A stretch of 64,000 nt of DNA from an uncultured Lactobacillus sp. GTDB lineage: Bacteria > Bacillota > Bacilli > Lactobacillales > Lactobacillaceae. Shown here piece by piece: positions 62,288-64,000 of this stretch. Where the stretch lies: contig NZ_CALVGT010000055.1 of assembly GCF_944327175.1 (NCBI RefSeq), positions 10,121-74,120 of the forward strand. The letters run 5' to 3'. Under the pieces are notes generated by a model, which had not been told where the DNA came from, searched no databases, and worked only from the letters and a program-made list of their open reading frames with translations. The translations under genes were made by a program, and so were the position numbers. Position 1 is the first letter of the stretch. Each line of letters opens with the position of its first letter.

Positions 62288-62869
62288 ATGATTGACTTCC
62301 GGGAAAAAGCCTTAAAAGAGTGCGACAGCAAGCTGGCTGAGCACCTGAATACCTTTAACGATGGGGTGATTGCCATTATTATTACCATCATCGTGCTGGA
62401 GATCGCAGCCCTAGTGAAAAGCACAGACTATCCCGATTTTGCCAAGCAGATTTTCATTTATCTGCTGTCCTTTTTTGTGGTGGCCAACTTTTGGTTTCAA
62501 ATCCATAAGACCTTCAGCTTTTTTATCAGTAAGGCTAGTAAGCTAACCATGATTGCTGATTTCTGCTTTTTAGCCAGCCTGTCCTTGATGCCAGTGATGA
62601 CTAAGTGGCTGATGGCTGACTTGTCAGTGATGTCGGTGGTTAACTTTGGGATTGTCTACTTTTTAGTCCAATCCTTCGAGCTCTTGACTGAGCTGTCCGG
62701 CATTAGACGGGCCATTCGGCACCTACAGATTTATCGGATTTTGATTGGCTGATACGCTTGGACGCGGCTAATCTGGCTGTTTGCCTTGAACCTGGTCTTA
62801 TATCTGGCTTTTCCGATCATTAACTTTATGTTTCCAGAACGCAGAAGAGACACTAGAAAGAGTAAATAA
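62288..62869 (+). pseudogene. TMEM175/DUF1211-family putative K+ channel interrupted by an in-frame TGA at 62750-62752
   Basis: Family motif FNDGVIAIIITIIVLEI. After the TGA the same frame continues for 38 codons encoding a plausible last TM helix and basic tail (YAWTRLIWLFALNLVLYLAFPIINFMFPERRRDTRKSK). The combined 193 aa matches the typical family length. Confidence 0.65.
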
Positions 62870-62875
62870 AAGAAC

Positions 62876-64000
62876 ATGCAAAAGAATCAAATCGTTGAAG
62901 TTGAAATTACGGACTTGTCCTATGAAGCCATGGGGGTGGGGCACGTGGACGGTGAAACCGTCTTTGTGACCAACGCTCTGCCAGGCGAAATCGTCAAGGC
63001 CAAGATCTTGAAGGCTAAGAAAAATTTTGCCTTTGCCAAGATCGAAGAGATCGTTAAAGAAAGCCCAGACCGGGTCAAGGTGCCTTTGCGCCAGTCAGTC
63101 CAAGGCGGGCTGGCCAGTCTGGCACACCTCACTTACGACAAGCAGCTGGCATTTAAGAAGCGGCAGGTAGTGGAACTTTTGAAAAAAGCTCACCTGGATG
63201 ATATTGAAGTGGCAGACACTTTGGAAAGTCCGCTGAAAACTGGCTACCGGAACAAGGCCCAAGTGCCGGTTAGAACGGTTAAGGGGCAGCTGGAGATTGG
63301 CTTTTTCAGACGGCACTCTCACGACCTGGTGCCGCTGGAAGACTTTTTCACCAATGACCCCGAAATCGACCGGGTATTAGTGGCGGTTCGCAACATCTTG
63401 CGCGAATACCACGTGCCGGCTTACGATGAAGAAAAGCACGCCGGCGAAGTCCGCTACCTAGAAGTGCGCCGGGGCATTGCCACGGGTGACTTGATGGTGG
63501 TCCTCATTTGCCTCCACAAGGACTTCAAGGGGCTGAAAGAGGTAACTGACGCCATTAGTGAGATTGACGGCGTCAAGTCCATCTTCCTCAACCACAATCC
63601 GCAAAAGACCAACGTCATTTTGGGCAAGCACGACTACCACCTGTGGGGGAAGAAGTACATCGACGATAAAATTGGCGATTTAACTTTCGAAATTTCCCCG
63701 CAATCATTTTTCCAGATCAACTCATCTCAAACCCCGCGCCTCTATAAATTGGCCATCGACCAAGCTGACCTCAAGCCAAGCGACATGATCGTGGACGCTT
63801 ATTCCGGGATCGGGACCATTGGTTTGTCAGCTGCCAAGTACGTTAGAGAAGTCCGCGGCGTAGAAGTGGTCAAGGCCGCGGTCAAGGACGCTAAGAACAA
63901 CGCCCGCCTGAACCAGATCCACAATGCCAAGTACTATGCCGGCAAGGCTGAAGAACTGATGCCCAAGTGGGCTGACGAGGGCCTGAAGACCGACGTGATC
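62876..64000 (+). CDS. 23S rRNA (uracil-C5)-methyltransferase, RumA/RlmCD-like (TRAM plus SAM-MTase), 3-prime end cut by the window edge
   Basis: Open frame running to the window end (not in the ORF track). TRAM domain MQKNQIVEVEITDLSYEAMGVGHVDGETVFV, FFQINSSQ, and SAM motif VDAYSGIGTIGL. Confidence 0.88.
   Translation, partial: MQKNQIVEVEITDLSYEAMGVGHVDGETVFVTNALPGEIVKAKILKAKKNFAFAKIEEIVKESPDRVKVPLRQSVQGGLASLAHLTYDKQLAFKKRQVVELLKKAHLDDIEVADTLESPLKTGYRNKAQVPVRTVKGQLEIGFFRRHSHDLVPLEDFFTNDPEIDRVLVAVRNILREYHVPAYDEEKHAGEVRYLEVRRGIATGDLMVVLICLHKDFKGLKEVTDAISEIDGVKSIFLNHNPQKTNVILGKHDYHLWGKKYIDDKIGDLTFEISPQSFFQINSSQTPRLYKLAIDQADLKPSDMIVDAYSGIGTIGLSAAKYVREVRGVEVVKAAVKDAKNNARLNQIHNAKYYAGKAEELMPKWADEGLKTDVI

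Overview
The window is a chromosomal segment from a Lactobacillus-type Firmicute. Gene order, about 50% GC and GC-rich third codon positions resemble Lactobacillus delbrueckii; this assignment is inference, not a search result.

Layout:
- nt 1-26200, core translation/transcription genes: the 3-prime part of rpoC; the str operon (rpsL-rpsG-fusA); the S10-spc-alpha super-operon (rpsJ to rplQ, including secY, adk, infA, rpmJ, rpoA); ecfA1-ecfA2-ecfT-truA; and rplM-rpsI.
- nt 26200-51100, a mosaic: NUDIX hydrolase, MFS transporter, PEBP protein, two tRNA loci, an aminotransferase operon behind a long terminator-containing leader, an orphan OppA-like lipoprotein, two tandem paralogous cytoplasmic beta-helix proteins with a GntR regulator, a 5-gene cell-wall glycopolymer cluster, nadE, a Mn-riboswitch-like leader with a P-type ATPase, and an AT-rich island.
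- nt 51100-64000, core again: ECF S-component, GH73 glucosaminidase, pcrA-ligA-camS-gatCAB-dagK, a nonsense-interrupted TMEM175-like gene and a partial rRNA methyltransferase.

Most interesting items:
1. The AT-rich island at 46.7-49.2 kb, fused to an ABC module ending at 50.4 kb. It carries a Sec-secreted basic 136-aa protein, a read-through terminator, paralogous 6-TM permeases and a minimal ABC ATPase, so it is a candidate undescribed secreted-toxin/immunity locus.
2. The tandem cytoplasmic beta-helix pair with a GntR/HutC regulator.
3. A tRNA-Leu with an A34 (AAG) anticodon.
4. A yybP-ykoY-like riboswitch in front of the P-type ATPase.
5. A leader of unknown class in front of the aminotransferase operon.

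I saw no CRISPR array, IS element, transposase, integrase or rRNA gene. Several ORF-track starts were moved to downstream start codons with better RBS or homology support.
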